Source: Tubulanus polymorphus
Lineage: Eukaryota > Animalia > Nemertea
Assembly (NCBI RefSeq): GCF_964204645.1
Contig: NC_134030.1
Location: 14,818,110-14,882,109 of the forward strand
Length of the DNA stretch: 64,000 nt
Direction: 5' to 3'
In this document: piece by piece, positions 35,209 to 47,736 of the stretch
Layout of the letters: each line of letters begins with the position of its first letter
Numbering within the stretch: the stretch's first letter is position 1
The notes under the pieces: model-generated
Databases searched by the model: none
Told to the model about the DNA's origin: nothing
Seen by the model: the letters and a program-made list of their open reading frames with translations, nothing else
Made by a program: the position numbers and the translations under genes

Positions 35209-36314
35209 TTTTAACCGTGGTGATCATTGATGGTACCTGATGATGAATGGATCATGTCAAAATAAGCTGTGATCATATAGAATTTGGTCATTGAGATTGA
35301 TGGCCTGTCTTCTTTATAGATTACATTACATTACAAACTTGTGTCTTACAATAAAAATGAAAATAAAGATATGAGAATTCTTGTGTTAAATCTTTTGATA
35401 AAACTTCAATGTATATAGGCCTACAGATCAAATGAGGATGCTGAAAGGTTGAGGAGTGGATTTCTCCATATCAAAGTTCAGGCCTACACGCTTGGTAGCA
35501 TGCTAATGTAATGCCCATGTGCTGAAACTTGGTAAAGTTGACTCGTCGTTTTCAAATGTTCATGGACTTGCCTCGGACACCGATTACTAGTGAAGTTTGA
35601 ACTTGTTGGATACAACCGACCACCTCGTGCGCTGCGTCATTCCAAAATCCCGTTTCGAATCCAACGGATTATTCAAAAGTGGCGCATGCGCAAAAATAAA
35701 AATTAAAATCCCGAAATAGATAAAATAGACCGTCAGGTAGCGACTCCTGGCGTTACAATTGTAGTTACGTGTTCTCGAACGTAGGAGAGATCGTCTGAAG
35801 TATCAACGATGAAAACTATAACACGGAAAATATTTGAGAATAACTTTCATTCAAATGCAATTCTAAATCTATGAATTATACAATTGATCATAATTTATTC
35901 TTATTAAGTTATTAATTTCATATGAATCATAATTTGACAATGAATATCGGTCTGTGAATGTGTTGACTTTTCATGTTGAAGTTTTAAACATGATGACGTC
36001 ATCAGGATGTCACGTGACTGTCCCAACTTTCTGGCTGAAAATTTAAGTACGGCGGAGGCCTGGCGTTACATCCCTTGTGATTTTATATATAGTAAAGCGT
36101 GACGACCGTCTGATACTGACCCTTATCAGCCAATTGTTTATCGGAACTTAATAGCGGATAAATATACAACATTAACACAAGGTATTTCTGTGATATTTTG
36201 AATTTATTTGCAGTTCATATTTAGCGCCATTCTCGCGAGATTATTAACAACCCGGAAGTAAAATCCAAGCAACCACATAGAAAACACGATCCAAGCCCAT
36301 CGCCAACCCCTGTG

Positions 36315-36944
36315 ATTCCATTATGGTTTTCTGATTGATATGTGGTAATAATTTCTCTGCTTGGTAAACTTGGAGGTCTGTTGCAAATGTGTATAGTATC
36401 ATCATTAGATCCTTAAGAGGAAGTTTGGAGCCCTGAAAAAAGGCAATACATTTCTTTAGAAAAAGTGTTTTATATGGCCCGAAAATGATATTGCCATCTT
36501 TTTACATACAATTGGCTGACGCGCATTTTCATTGAGTTAAAATAGCCGGCTTGGCTTAAATGATTGTAAAATGTGTCGCAAAATGTCTCTGCGTTACAAA
36601 AAGACGTAAGTAACCAGTAGACTCACCTTGAAAATCGATTCGTGGCGAACAGATTTCACGGAATAACACAAGCCACATCTCCATACAAAACCATCGAGAC
36701 AATCATTCTTTACTTTCAATTCCATTTGAACTTTACTACAGTTAATACACTCGAAGTTGTAACTTATAAGACCAAGAGACTTCATATAGCCAATTGCATC
36801 CATTTCAAGTGACCGAATTACTTCATAAATGCCAGGATTTTCGTCCATCTCTCTGTACTTTTGGCACTTTTTTACCCAGATAGGCCTCTGATGTCTCGAT
36901 CTTATCTTCATAGATCTTACCAATAATAATGACCGCGTTGCCAT
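36315..36944 (-). pseudogene. Merlin transposase copy B, N-terminal exons (36627-36944 and 36315-36432)
   Basis: CINC..WRCGLC..SVRHESIFK|GSKLPL with a GT-AG intron. It joins in frame to 20658-21210 once the P element and one TSD are removed. Confidence 0.88.
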
Positions 36945-38066
36945 TAACAGCCATGTATTAATTAATTTTGAAAGAGCCAGTTCAAGTCCCGTAGCATTGG
37001 ATATAGTGTTCCGCCCAAAATTACATTATAAAAAATGAATATTTAAGTTACATAGACTTTTTAAACCAATTTGGTTTATAATAAAAGTGGCCATAAAATC
37101 AGACGCCCACACCTAGTCCCTCAATTCCAGCCACTTTAAATAAGGGTAATCCCCTTAGACAAACAGTCCATCGATTCTCACGAGAGCGTATTTTCTCGCC
37201 CGATCGTGACGATCTCTCGGGTTAGACAAAATTTATACCCCGATAAGAGCGGGCACGCGTAGCGATCAAACCGTAACTCTGACAACGTACGCCGGTTCAA
37301 TAAAAGTGATATCAACAATGCATCCTATTGGTTGATAAAATGGATCGCGGGCGGACGAGCGAATTAAAATAATCGGCCGAAAATATCAAACAATCGCCGG
37401 GCGATTGAGTCGGCCGACGACAAAGCTCTCCATTCTCATAAATATGTTTGCTTTTTTATCAAATCGTGAATTCGGCACTGAGATCAACATCATGAATTCT
37501 GTAAATGGTACAGACATTGATGGAATTCCGTATAAAATACATTATAGGCCTATTCAAAATTTTGATGTTTTCTTTCCATAGTTTCCAAGTGTGTGATATA
37601 TGTCCGAAATATAGTTGTTTTTTATATAGTTTATTGTACAAAAACCTCAACTTTTTTATTATTATTATTATTATTATCTTTATTTCCTGTAAATTATAAC
37701 AAGATATACAAAGTAAATGCAATGTAAACTTTGATTTATTATTGTGGTCTTCTAGCTGCTAATCACATTTTTAACTGGAAATTTGGTACTGTAAAAATTA
37801 TTTGGGCGAAAAATACCCTAACTTCCTATTTTGTGATTGCCCCGCCCGGGAAACCGGATGTTTTTTGGTGTGGCCTAATTTTGCAGTGGTTTTCATTTCA
37901 TTTCAAATATGAAAGCCCAAGGCAATTTGCATGCCGTCGTTAAGGTTAAACGATCACTGTCTGAGAGAGATGCTGAACTGTTTTCCATAGCAACGAAACA
38001 ACGGTTACAACAATTGTTAGTCATCGGCTCATTACTTGTCAAGTTTTCGTCTTCTCTGCTGTCAAG

Positions 38067-40373
38067 ATGAGAGAAATCGTCCGTATTTGTCAGTCTGATG
38101 TGCAGCGAGTGTATCGCAAGTGTTGGAAAGAGAAGGTACCATGGAAAGATATTCTGCATCCTGATGTTTTTGAGTGGATCGAATGTTTCGCAATAGCCAA
38201 AAGTGCACCGATCAACATCACCGTGGGCGGAATTTTATCCGTGGTATCGAGTTTAGCTGGACCAAAATGTCGAATAGTGACTGCAGATATTACAACGCCT
38301 CTAAATACGTATATAATGAATATCTGCGAGGTTGGAGGGGGTAAATCGCGTGTTTACGACGAAGTGTTGTACGCTGCTGACCAGGAGCTGCAGCAAAAAG
38401 GTGAAAAAATTTCACTTCTTCTAGAAAAATATACAACCGCTGGAATTCACACGCACCAAAGTAAAAATAAAGGATACGGGATCATTGCTGGCGATGAAGG
38501 CATTCGAATCTTACAAGATATTAATTCAAAGCAACAACGTGGCGAGTCGGAACGTGCCTTACTCAACAAACTTTGGGGGGGGGGGGGGCCATGGCGATAC
38601 AGCCTGTCTCTCATCAGGCAAGAGAGGTTTTGAAAATACGTGTATTTGCATGAATATATTGATACAGCCTGGACCACTTCTTGATGAATTATCTATTGGT
38701 GCTGATGGCTTCTGGGACAGATTCCTGTTTTTGTGCTCGAAGCCACACATATTTACCGCGGAGGAAACAAAAGAATTCTTCGACCGTCTTAAAAGATCAA
38801 GCGCCAGCTTTAAAGATTTTGTGAGGTCAGTGTATGATACGTTTAGACAAGGACAGACAATGAAGCTTAGTCCAGATGCTGAGATAATCTTTGGTGCCAT
38901 CAGGAACGACTACGCCTCTTATGTAAATCAGTTATACGCAACTGAATCCGATGATGATGGTAAGTTAAATATTAAAATTCTTCAGAAATTTTGCTAAATT
39001 GATACTATTGAGGGGGTTTCTCATAAATCTAATACTAATGTTTTGTCTTATTACAGATGAAAAAGAAAACTCGGCTGAAAGCATTCCAATTGTTACCAGC
39101 AAAGATACAATCCACATACTAAGATTATCTGGAATAATAAATGTATTGGAGAAAACTTTGGTGAGTCTACTAGACAAAGAAAATCAAATTTCGACGGACA
39201 GTCTTATCACAATTGAAGCTCGGCACGTCAGGGCTGCACGGCAACTGTACCACTCAATGTCAATCGTACGACAAATTATGCTTCAAGTAAGTATAGATAA
39301 TCGTGTGCTTTCAATTTCTAGTAAACAATAGGACCTTCATCAAATTTTTTCCATAGGACAGGTGGTATCACGTTCGTGTGGTGTTGACAATCGACAATCG
39401 AAATGACCATTATTGTCGATGATATTTATCGTAACTTCGACAAATACAGTACAGGGTTTTGGCTTTTAACAATTATGTTATCTTTTCAGGCTGCTAAAAG
39501 ATGCGAGACACAGGTTGCTAGAAAAGGTCCTTCACCAAAGACGTTTGGAGAAAAGGTGATCGCATTAGTTTGTCGCTCAAATGGACCTGTGATATCAGTC
39601 AGGACTATACAAAAGAGCATCGGACATGGGTGCACAACATTGCACATTCAAAGTAAGGTTGTTCAGAATCGAATGTTTCATAAGTCTATTTGATTCTTAC
39701 AAGTATCCCGGTCCCTACGGCTAAAAAGAAATAGTTTGATTTAAAATTTGTGGTAAAATTTGTAATCAGTGCATTCTATATTGTTGGCTTGATCGTGATT
39801 TTTAAAATAATGTACAGGGTAGATAGGGTCAACTTATAATCTCAGCAGAAATGAGAAACAAGCGGCCAAACAAGCGGTTTGGCTATCAATCTTTTAGCCT
39901 CGCTATAATGCATCGATGAGTGGTGATGAAAGAGCCAGAGTATCTATCAATATTTCATCTCAAAATCATTAATTTGAAATAAACACCTCTAGCTTTTAAA
40001 AAAAACTCTAAGTTTGATTATTTGATAAATGTAGCTTATCAGTTGGTGTCAATGTATTTGTGTGATTTTAATTGTAGGTTCTTTGGAGGAATTGGAGAGA
40101 AACGGTTTCGGTGCAATGAAAACGCTGAAAGCAGCCTCGGCCGTCGGAAGAAAGTCTACCTACTTCTTTAAACCGCACCCATCAACACTTGTCGAGAATA
40201 ATCGACAAATAAAAAGATCAGAATGCGCTTTCGACCGATATACCGCCAACTTTTATTCAGTCAATGATATGACTGATACATCAAAGTTGATGTGCAGAAT
40301 GCACCATCCTGACAACGAATTACTTCAGGATCTTCTAACCCAAGCGGACGTTTCTGAAAGCCAATCTGAGTAG
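38067..40373 (+). CDS. DUF3987/YfjI-like AAA+ ATPase with winged-helix-like C-terminus, copy B, 4 exons; +1 frameshift in a poly-G run
   Basis: Same exons as copy A plus a last exon 40078-40373 (TTGTAG|GT TCT TTG, phase compatible). G14 at about 38575-38588 versus the in-frame G13 in copy A. Confidence 0.7.
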
Positions 40374-40677
40374 TTTCTGTGAGTAATCTTGTAGTGCAAT
40401 CTATCAAACAATTGGTAATTCATAACTGTGTGGGTGATTAAACTTTAATAGTTATCAATCAAGAACAATCTCTGAGTTGTGCTTCTCTAAAGCGTGATGC
40501 ACACGGCATAGGAAAAAACATGGAAACACAGCATAATCAAGCATGTTTGATCTTGAAACAATGTTTCTCGTAAACGCACGGAAAAATATTTATGTCTTCT
40601 TTGTCCTTGTTTTCCTGTGCCCTGTGCGTCGGACTTGCAATTTTTAACTCGTCTAGTGACGACAAATGAAACAGGCC

Positions 40678-40942
40678 GGCAATTCTAAATCGTCGGAATT
40701 GTCGACGAGTAAAATAGGTCGGCAATTTAAAATCGTCGGAATTGTCGACGAGTAAAATAGGTCGGCAATTCTAAATCGTCGGAATTGTCTACGAGTAATA
40801 TAGGTTGGCAATTCTAAATCGTCGGAATTGTCGACGAGTAAAATAGGTGGGCAATTCTAAATCGTCGGAATTATCGACGAGTATAATAGGTGGGCAATTC
40901 TAAATCGTCGGAATTGTCGACGAGTAAAACAGGTCGGCTACC
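40678..40942. repeat. 43-bp tandem repeat, about 6 copies, each with an internal imperfect palindrome
   Basis: Unit GGCAATTCTAAATCGTCGGAATTGTCGACGAGTAAAATAGGTC. The array ends GGTCGGCTACC, a possible Merlin terminus. Confidence 0.9.
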
Positions 40943-40949
40943 TGGCTCG

Positions 40950-42893
40950 CGGAAGAATACGTGCTATGTACTCAGCCTGGGCAGATCTACTTTTACCTGT
41001 TCTGGAGTTGAGCCGACTACGGTTAGTGTTATCCTCGAGGACTGGTGATTCGAGTAAATTCTCAGAAGTTAAGATCTTATGACCTTTATTCTGTGTAGAC
41101 AACTCCGGATGATCTTTCGAAATGGTGGTCAGAACACGTGATCGTCTGAACTGTTATCAGAGGGACTGTAAAAATCATTGGTTTCATCTACAGTTTCTTC
41201 CTCAATTGATTTACTCTCGACCGTCCTTTTCATAACTTTTTCTTTTACAGGTTTAGGCTGTTTCAATTCAAAAGTCTCTCTTGCCGGAAATACCAGGGGG
41301 GAATAGCATATTTCGATGCAATATCCGTTTTTTTTCTGCCTTCTCCACCCTGTACAACGAATACTGGAAAATCCTCATCAGCTAGTTTCTGTCTACCTTT
41401 CAGGCCGACATTTCGAACTAGAACAGTATCACCTACTGCTAGTGCGCAACCATGAACCTTTTTATCGTAATAATATGCCGATTGGTCTGATTTCTCTCGT
41501 CACTTTTCGTACGCTTCCAACCAAACTTTCTGAAGGTTCTGCTGTAATTCTTCGCTGAATTTGGTTCTGAAACGGTGAAGGCCAAACACTTGATCGACTG
41601 GAATAATTGGTTCCCTGCCAAATAATAGCGTGTACGGTGCATAACCGGTAGATTCATGTGGAGTACAATTGTACTGCCAGACAACGGTTTTTAGATGATC
41701 TTTCCACTTAATCTCTGAATCAAGGTCGAATTCATTCTCTCCACCACTCCATTTCTCTGAGGGTGATACGGTGTTGTTTGACTGCGTTGCATTCCTAGAA
41801 GTTGACATAATTCTCGAATTGTTTCACCCTCGAAGTTTAATCCTTGATCACTGTGGATCCTAAGTGGAATGCCGTACTTCACTATAAACTCATCGTACAA
41901 AGCCCGTGCTGTAGTCTTGGCTAATTGGTTCTTTGTTGGTATTACGACGGAAAACTTTGTAAAGTGGTAGGTGATGACTAACAGGTTCTCAAATCCTTTC
42001 GACGGTTCAACAGTGAGAAAGTCTATACACACAAGTTCTAGCGCTTGGTGTGTTAGAATTGGCTGTATTGGAGCTCGCTGAATTGGTTTCGGTGTCTTGT
42101 GAATAACACAACGATGCCAAGATTTCAGGTAATGATCTACATCCGAGTACATATTCGGCCATACAAATCGCGATCGTAGTGTCTCTAACGTTTTGTCTCG
42201 CCCAACGTGACCAAAGTTATCATGCACCAATTCCAAAACTTGATTCCGGTGTGTACTTGGTAGGACTACTTGTTTCGTCCCACGCGTATCACTAATTCGT
42301 AGTCTCAAGTGAACTCCATTTTCCAAAAAACAGACTAGAAACAAATCGACGGTACTTTTGTTCGTCACGATTCCTCGGGAAAAAATTCACCTTATCTCGT
42401 ACACAACGCCGTATCTCCCGTAGGATTGGATCATTCTGCTGAAATGAACCAATCGATGGATTTTTCGATGTCCGCAGTTGCGATCTCATCACCAAACCAA
42501 TCTACCTTCGGACTAGTTAATGGGATGGGTGCATAATTGATTAAACGCACATCGCTCGAATAACTTGACAAGAGACATGTTTTCGACTGAGTCCGTCAGC
42601 ATCGCCGTGACGTTTTCCGGGTTTATATTCAAATTCCAAATTGAAGACCGACAAATTCTGGAGCCAACGATGGCTGGTGGCGTCTAACTTGGCTTTTCTG
42701 AGTACATATGTCAACGGGTTGGGTTGTTGTCTGTTCGCACTGTACAAGACGCTCCGTACAAGTAGTCATAGTAGATGTCCGTCGCCCACTTTAATGCTAG
42801 AAATTCTAATTTGTGAATTTCATATTTCGATTCGGAATTCTTCAAAGCCCTGCTGGCATAAGCAATTACGCGTTCTTTCCCTTCTTGTACTTG
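40950..42893 (-). mobile_element. Ty3/Gypsy LTR retrotransposon pol fragment (RNase H, zf-H2C2, integrase), degenerate
   Basis: IAYASRALKNSESKY..HKLEFLALKWA, NPLTYVL, YKPGKRHGDADGLSR, HDNFGHVG, CIDFL, IHSDQG, TTPYHPQRNGVVERMN, YNCTPHESTGYAPY. No LTR seen. Confidence 0.9.
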
Positions 42894-42894
42894 G

Positions 42895-43052
42895 TAAGTA
42901 ATAGGGAATGTGTTGTTCTAGATCAAAGGTCGAAAGGTCGAGTGAGTAAAAAATGAAAAATAAATTCTCGCACACTCGAATTTATTTTTCAGTTTTTAAT
43001 CACTCGACCTCTCAACCTTTAATCTAGAACAACACATTCCCTTTTATTCTTA
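42895..43052. other. About 150-bp imperfect palindrome (foldback) upstream of the Polinton genes
   Basis: GGGAATGTGTTGTTCTAGAT... pairs with ...ATCTAGAACAACACATTCCC around a small loop. The right arm resembles 57634-57690. Confidence 0.85.
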
Positions 43053-43107
43053 AAATATTAATCTAATAATTTCTAAAATCAATTTTAATAAGAAATATGT
43101 TATTAAA

Positions 43108-43464
43108 ATGGAGAGTAGTAAACAAGTACACAGTGAGAACAACAAATCATTTCTAGATAGAATAAAAGACATCACAAATGCTAAAACAGTAGATTATGAA
43201 TTTAAGAAGTTAACAGAATTAACAATTCATAAGAAATATCTAATTAAAAAGATTGATACAGTTTCTCACATATATGGAGATAAATTAGTTATCCACTTAG
43301 AATATGAAGGATTAAAGGGAAATACATATAAATTCAGAGCATATTTACCAGATAGATTTAATAGATTATCAAGTGAAAATTTAGAAGAAATATGTTCAGG
43401 TGATTTCTATTTCATATATAAAGGTAAGAATGAAAAAGGGCACCATGAAATAGATTACGAATAA
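43108..43464 (+). CDS. Conserved small Polinton protein (118 aa)
   Basis: Homologue of 4137-4490; intact. Confidence 0.7.
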   Translation: MESSKQVHSENNKSFLDRIKDITNAKTVDYEFKKLTELTIHKKYLIKKIDTVSHIYGDKLVIHLEYEGLKGNTYKFRAYLPDRFNRLSSENLEEICSGDFYFIYKGKNEKGHHEIDYE

Positions 43465-44493
43465 AATAGAATCAGTTTTGACAAAAATTTGATATTAAAA
43501 TGGAAGCAAATAAGTACTACTGTTCAAGATGTAAAATTGATATAGATAAATCTCAAAAAGCAAGACATAATAAAACTAAAACACATTGAGAAAATAAATT
43601 AAAGTTAAAATATAAAGATGACATATTAGAAACTAAATTAGATGAATTAAAGAATGAAAAAGAAATATATAAATGTGACACATGTAATCAATTATTCAGT
43701 AAAAAAAGATATTATAAAGAACATTTAAAATCTAAAAGTCACATAAGAAATATGAATAATGATATTTTAGGTGAAGATTATTTTGATAATGATAATGATA
43801 AGAAACAGAAGACAATTAAAAGAATAAAAAATAGAATACACAATGAAAAGGCCATACATGGAAGATGTAAGAAATTATATTAATTCATTAGAAATAGAAA
43901 TAACCGAAGCATTCAAAAGTGATGTTGGACCAGCTGCTATCGAGTTTAAATTTCATAAAGGCAAAACATTTGAAGAAAATAAAAAACATTTAGAAAATAT
44001 GAAAAATATTATAAAAATAATTACAGACGTAGAATATCCTGAAATTAGTATATCTTCTAAAGTTAAATTTATAAAATCTGAAGATAAACCAATTTATAAT
44101 ATAAATTATCATTCACAACATATTATTTCAAAACAACATATAGATGATAGATTAGATAAATGTTATAATGAAATAAAAAGTAAAATAGGAGAGAAATATT
44201 TTGAAGGATCTGGTTTAATATTCGATAAAATAATATTTATGACTTTACATGTTTATAACACAAAATATAATAAGTTAACTAAATCAAAACCAATTGATGA
44301 AAATAATTTATCATATTATAAAGATGATAATATTAATGGATCAAGTTATATTAAACTACCATTTAAAACTAATGCTGTTATAAATGTACAAAATTCTGAT
44401 GATAAATGTTTTCTATGGTCAATTTTAAGTTGCTCACATCCTGCAACTGATAATATTTGTAGAGTATCAAATTATAAACCATTTGAAAATAAT

Positions 44494-47400
44494 ATGTTAC
44501 CACTGTGTAAACGTCAAATATGATTCAGCTTTGAAACCGAACATACGCGGACGTACAATCAACAAATATTAATTCATTTGGCCAGGCATTTATTTTGGCA
44601 TTCAAACATCATGATACTGTATTATCACCATGCTTAAAAATGGATCTGTCCTATTAGGAACTCATTTGAAGCACCTGCCGAGTCGATAGATTGAGTGAAT
44701 TTACAGATAAGAACGTATTATGATTTAGAATAGATTTAAGAAGTTAATGTTTTTATTGAAATATTTGAATAAATACATATATTTTAGTGTAGATTCAATC
44801 AATAAATTATGAATTGATCTGGTCTGGGTTTCCGGCTGATGTTGATTTTGGCTTTTATGGATTACAAATTCTATAGTGATAAACAATTGATACCTGCAAC
44901 ATGTGTGTAAATCAAACCTATTCCACTAGTTGCGTGTGTTTCCTAATAAACGGGAGAGTCACTCTTGATCTGAGTTATGGTCCAGGGACACCATGCCCAC
45001 TTGGGAAGTGGTTCCAAATGCTCAACAATCTAACGATTCAGGTATCAAAGGTATAAAACATCTCTTTTCAAAGAATACCCATCACAAATTGCAATGAGAA
45101 ATGGCAAACTCAGAATTCGGGCCAAAATTGACATTTTTGGGCACTAAAAAAGGTCATAGGACGGCCATATTGAGTCCGTATCCCAATTTTTGTTATGCTG
45201 ATGGGCCCAGGGGGCATACACATATATCCGAAAGATCAAGGTAATTGATCAAAGCATCTTTTAAATTTCCCTCAAAAAGTTCAAAAATGTGTAAAACGTG
45301 TTGATTTTGGCGAACAACAATGGCTGCCAGTCGGCCATCTTGATTCTGACAGGGCCAGTTTTTGGGCTGAAGATGTGTCTAGGGTAGATACATGTGTAAC
45401 CCAAATATCAAGACATTACATTGAAGCGTCTTCAAAACTTCCTAAAATAACTGATTTCCGTCTACGGACGGACGAAAAGTGAACGCAATAGCCCGCTGGG
45501 ACTAAAGTCCCAAGTGGGCTAAAAATAATGTTCATTTAGTTATAGAAATTCATTGCCTTTTTGGAGTTTCTGTAATAATATTTGTTCTGCCCTAATTTTT
45601 ATTACTGTATGAACCAATAATATGCTTTGTAAATATGATGTAATAAAATAAATTTGAATCAAATTTGAACATGAGAATCAAGCATAACTTGTGTTTTTTC
45701 AACTTGTCTTTTGTTAACAGTTTCAGAGTTTCAATTACAATCAAATCCAAATTGGCTAAAAAGTACATAGGACTAAATGAAATGAACCGTTAGTTACTGC
45801 AAACCTATTCCAGTGTTATGTCGATCGTGTTGAATCACTTTCCCTGAGTTAAAAGAATCAGATCTTCTATGGTACAACATCGGCCGAAGAGAGATATCTT
45901 GGTGTTGACGGTCCTTGACCATCTAACTTCATGCGTTTGACATTGGAATCAGCATCATACCCATTTGAACAGCAAAATATTCATACAACATGAAAATCTA
46001 CAGTACATGTATACAGTAATCAAACTTTCACCGATGTTGGATATTTGAATGAACATTAGGTTTATTTCAGTATTCTAAAGCAGGGAATAATAAGCCCAAT
46101 CAATAGGCCCTATTCTCATTGGAACAATTGTATAATGCGTACGCTATACTGTACACAAATCAGTCAAGAATGGAGAAATCGGTACGGTATACCAAACCTA
46201 CGAACAGCAAAATGTACAGGCCTACAATAATTCGTAATACGAGCCGTGACCACATGAACGTTTTGGTTTGACTAATAATGTCAGCAGGTCAGAGAAGGCC
46301 TGGCCAAACTTAATCACATGGCTCAAATCAATTAGCCTTTCTGCGTGTGAATATTTCACTGTATTGTTTTAAAAATAGGCCTATCGAGTGAATTAGTACA
46401 TAGACTGATTTAGACTTTAGGCTAGTCCTGACCAAATCCTATCCATGTTATAATGGCACCAGTTAGGCCCTATAGTAACATCACTGGAGGGCCGACGAGA
46501 GGGAAAAAGTTGTGTTTGTAGTACATAGGCATGGTAGGCTTGAGGTACTCACTTAATACTTCAAACGCTGTTGTTACCTGTACGTGACTGTACGGTGATT
46601 TCTACAGGTTAGCCGTATGTGAGTACGTTGACGCTCAGACTTGCAATATTGGGATTCGAAACCAAACGAAAAAAAATCCAGTTGAAGTCCGGTGATTTAC
46701 CCACTGTGCCACAGAACGTAACTGCAGGGTGGATGAAATTTAATTTACAAATAGCCTAGCCACCCAAACTCTATTCTTTCACGCATGCGCGTTTGCAGAT
46801 TATAGAAACTCACGTACAGCGTTTTTAGGGAACTCACGAACGGTTAACCTGTGGATATCACCGTACAGTCACGTACGGGTAACAACTTCGTACTTAAAAA
46901 ATGGTAATTGGCGGCTTAAAATGCTATTGGGTACTATATAATGGTATGACTGCAGTTTAGGTGGCCCTAATGGTTATATACCTAACCTTACCATAACACT
47001 ATTCTTTAATAACACTAGCGCCACCCAGTGGATAGGTGACCCAAACTGCAGTTAGACTACTGTGGGTACCGTAGTAGGCTATCGATAATCACCTGATACT
47101 TTTCTGTCGTTTGTTTTCTCTCTGAGACGAACGTAATTCTAGTAGCCCTCCGCGACTCAACGACCTTGATTTAAACTTGATCAATTCAAAATCTGTTTAT
47201 TGACGCTTTTGGTTACATGAACTGATCAGCAATATACTTAAATGAAATAACCGGAATAACAAGAAATCAAAAATATTAAAGCGGTAACAAACAAATGCCC
47301 GTAAACCTGTCAGACACGCGAACGCCGGACTCGTAAACTCTTGGACTGGGACCCGCTGAGCAATAAATTCATAAAATTGACTTTGAAATTGATTGTGGAG

Positions 47401-47736
47401 AAGAGAGGGAATTGTTCAATAGCTTTTCTTTAGCTCTTCCTCGAAAAGAAGAGAGAAATTTCGGAAAGAAAACACAACATGGCTACTAATTGAACGGAGC
47501 TAAATTTCCGATGTTTACGGCTCGACAGTGCCTTTATAACGTGGATTTATCAAAATTCCCATGCAGTATCTGGAGATTGAAGTGAGCTGAAGGATATCAT
47601 ACGGATTGTATCGGCGACAGCGGTAAGGTAAGGAAGCCTTTACACTTTTAACAAAAACTGTGTGGAAAAGGGAAAAAAATAATAATAATCACGCGAATTT
47701 CAATAGGGTTTTCTGTGAAGAAACTGAAAACCCTAA
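44494..47736 (-). mobile_element. Composite non-coding insertion with a Helentron-type end at about 47736 and nested MITEs
   Basis: Higher GC than the flanks. Terminal inverted repeat TAGGGTTTTC...GAAAACCCTA (47704-47735) beside (AAT)n. An internal inverted pair at 46570-46616 and 46841-46887. Confidence 0.55.
44947..45525 (-). mobile_element. Non-autonomous Helentron-type element (HINE-like)
   Basis: On the minus strand: TTTTT-AGCCCACTTGGGAC, adjacent inverted repeat, (GTCC)n, then matching subTIR at 44995-45006 and a short hairpin. The interior is homologous to about 11060-11460. Confidence 0.7.

Larger units (their letters stand above)
21211..36314. mobile_element. P-superfamily DNA transposon, 15.1 kb, carrying a Pif1-helicase gene
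   Basis: TIRs 21211-21263 and 36263-36314 (CACAGGGGTT(T)GGCGATGGGC...). 8-bp TSD ATTCCATT at 21203-21210 and 36315-36322. The empty site is present at 15360-15367. Internal P transposase; subterminal inverted repeats at 21511-21580 and 36009-36089. Confidence 0.92.
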
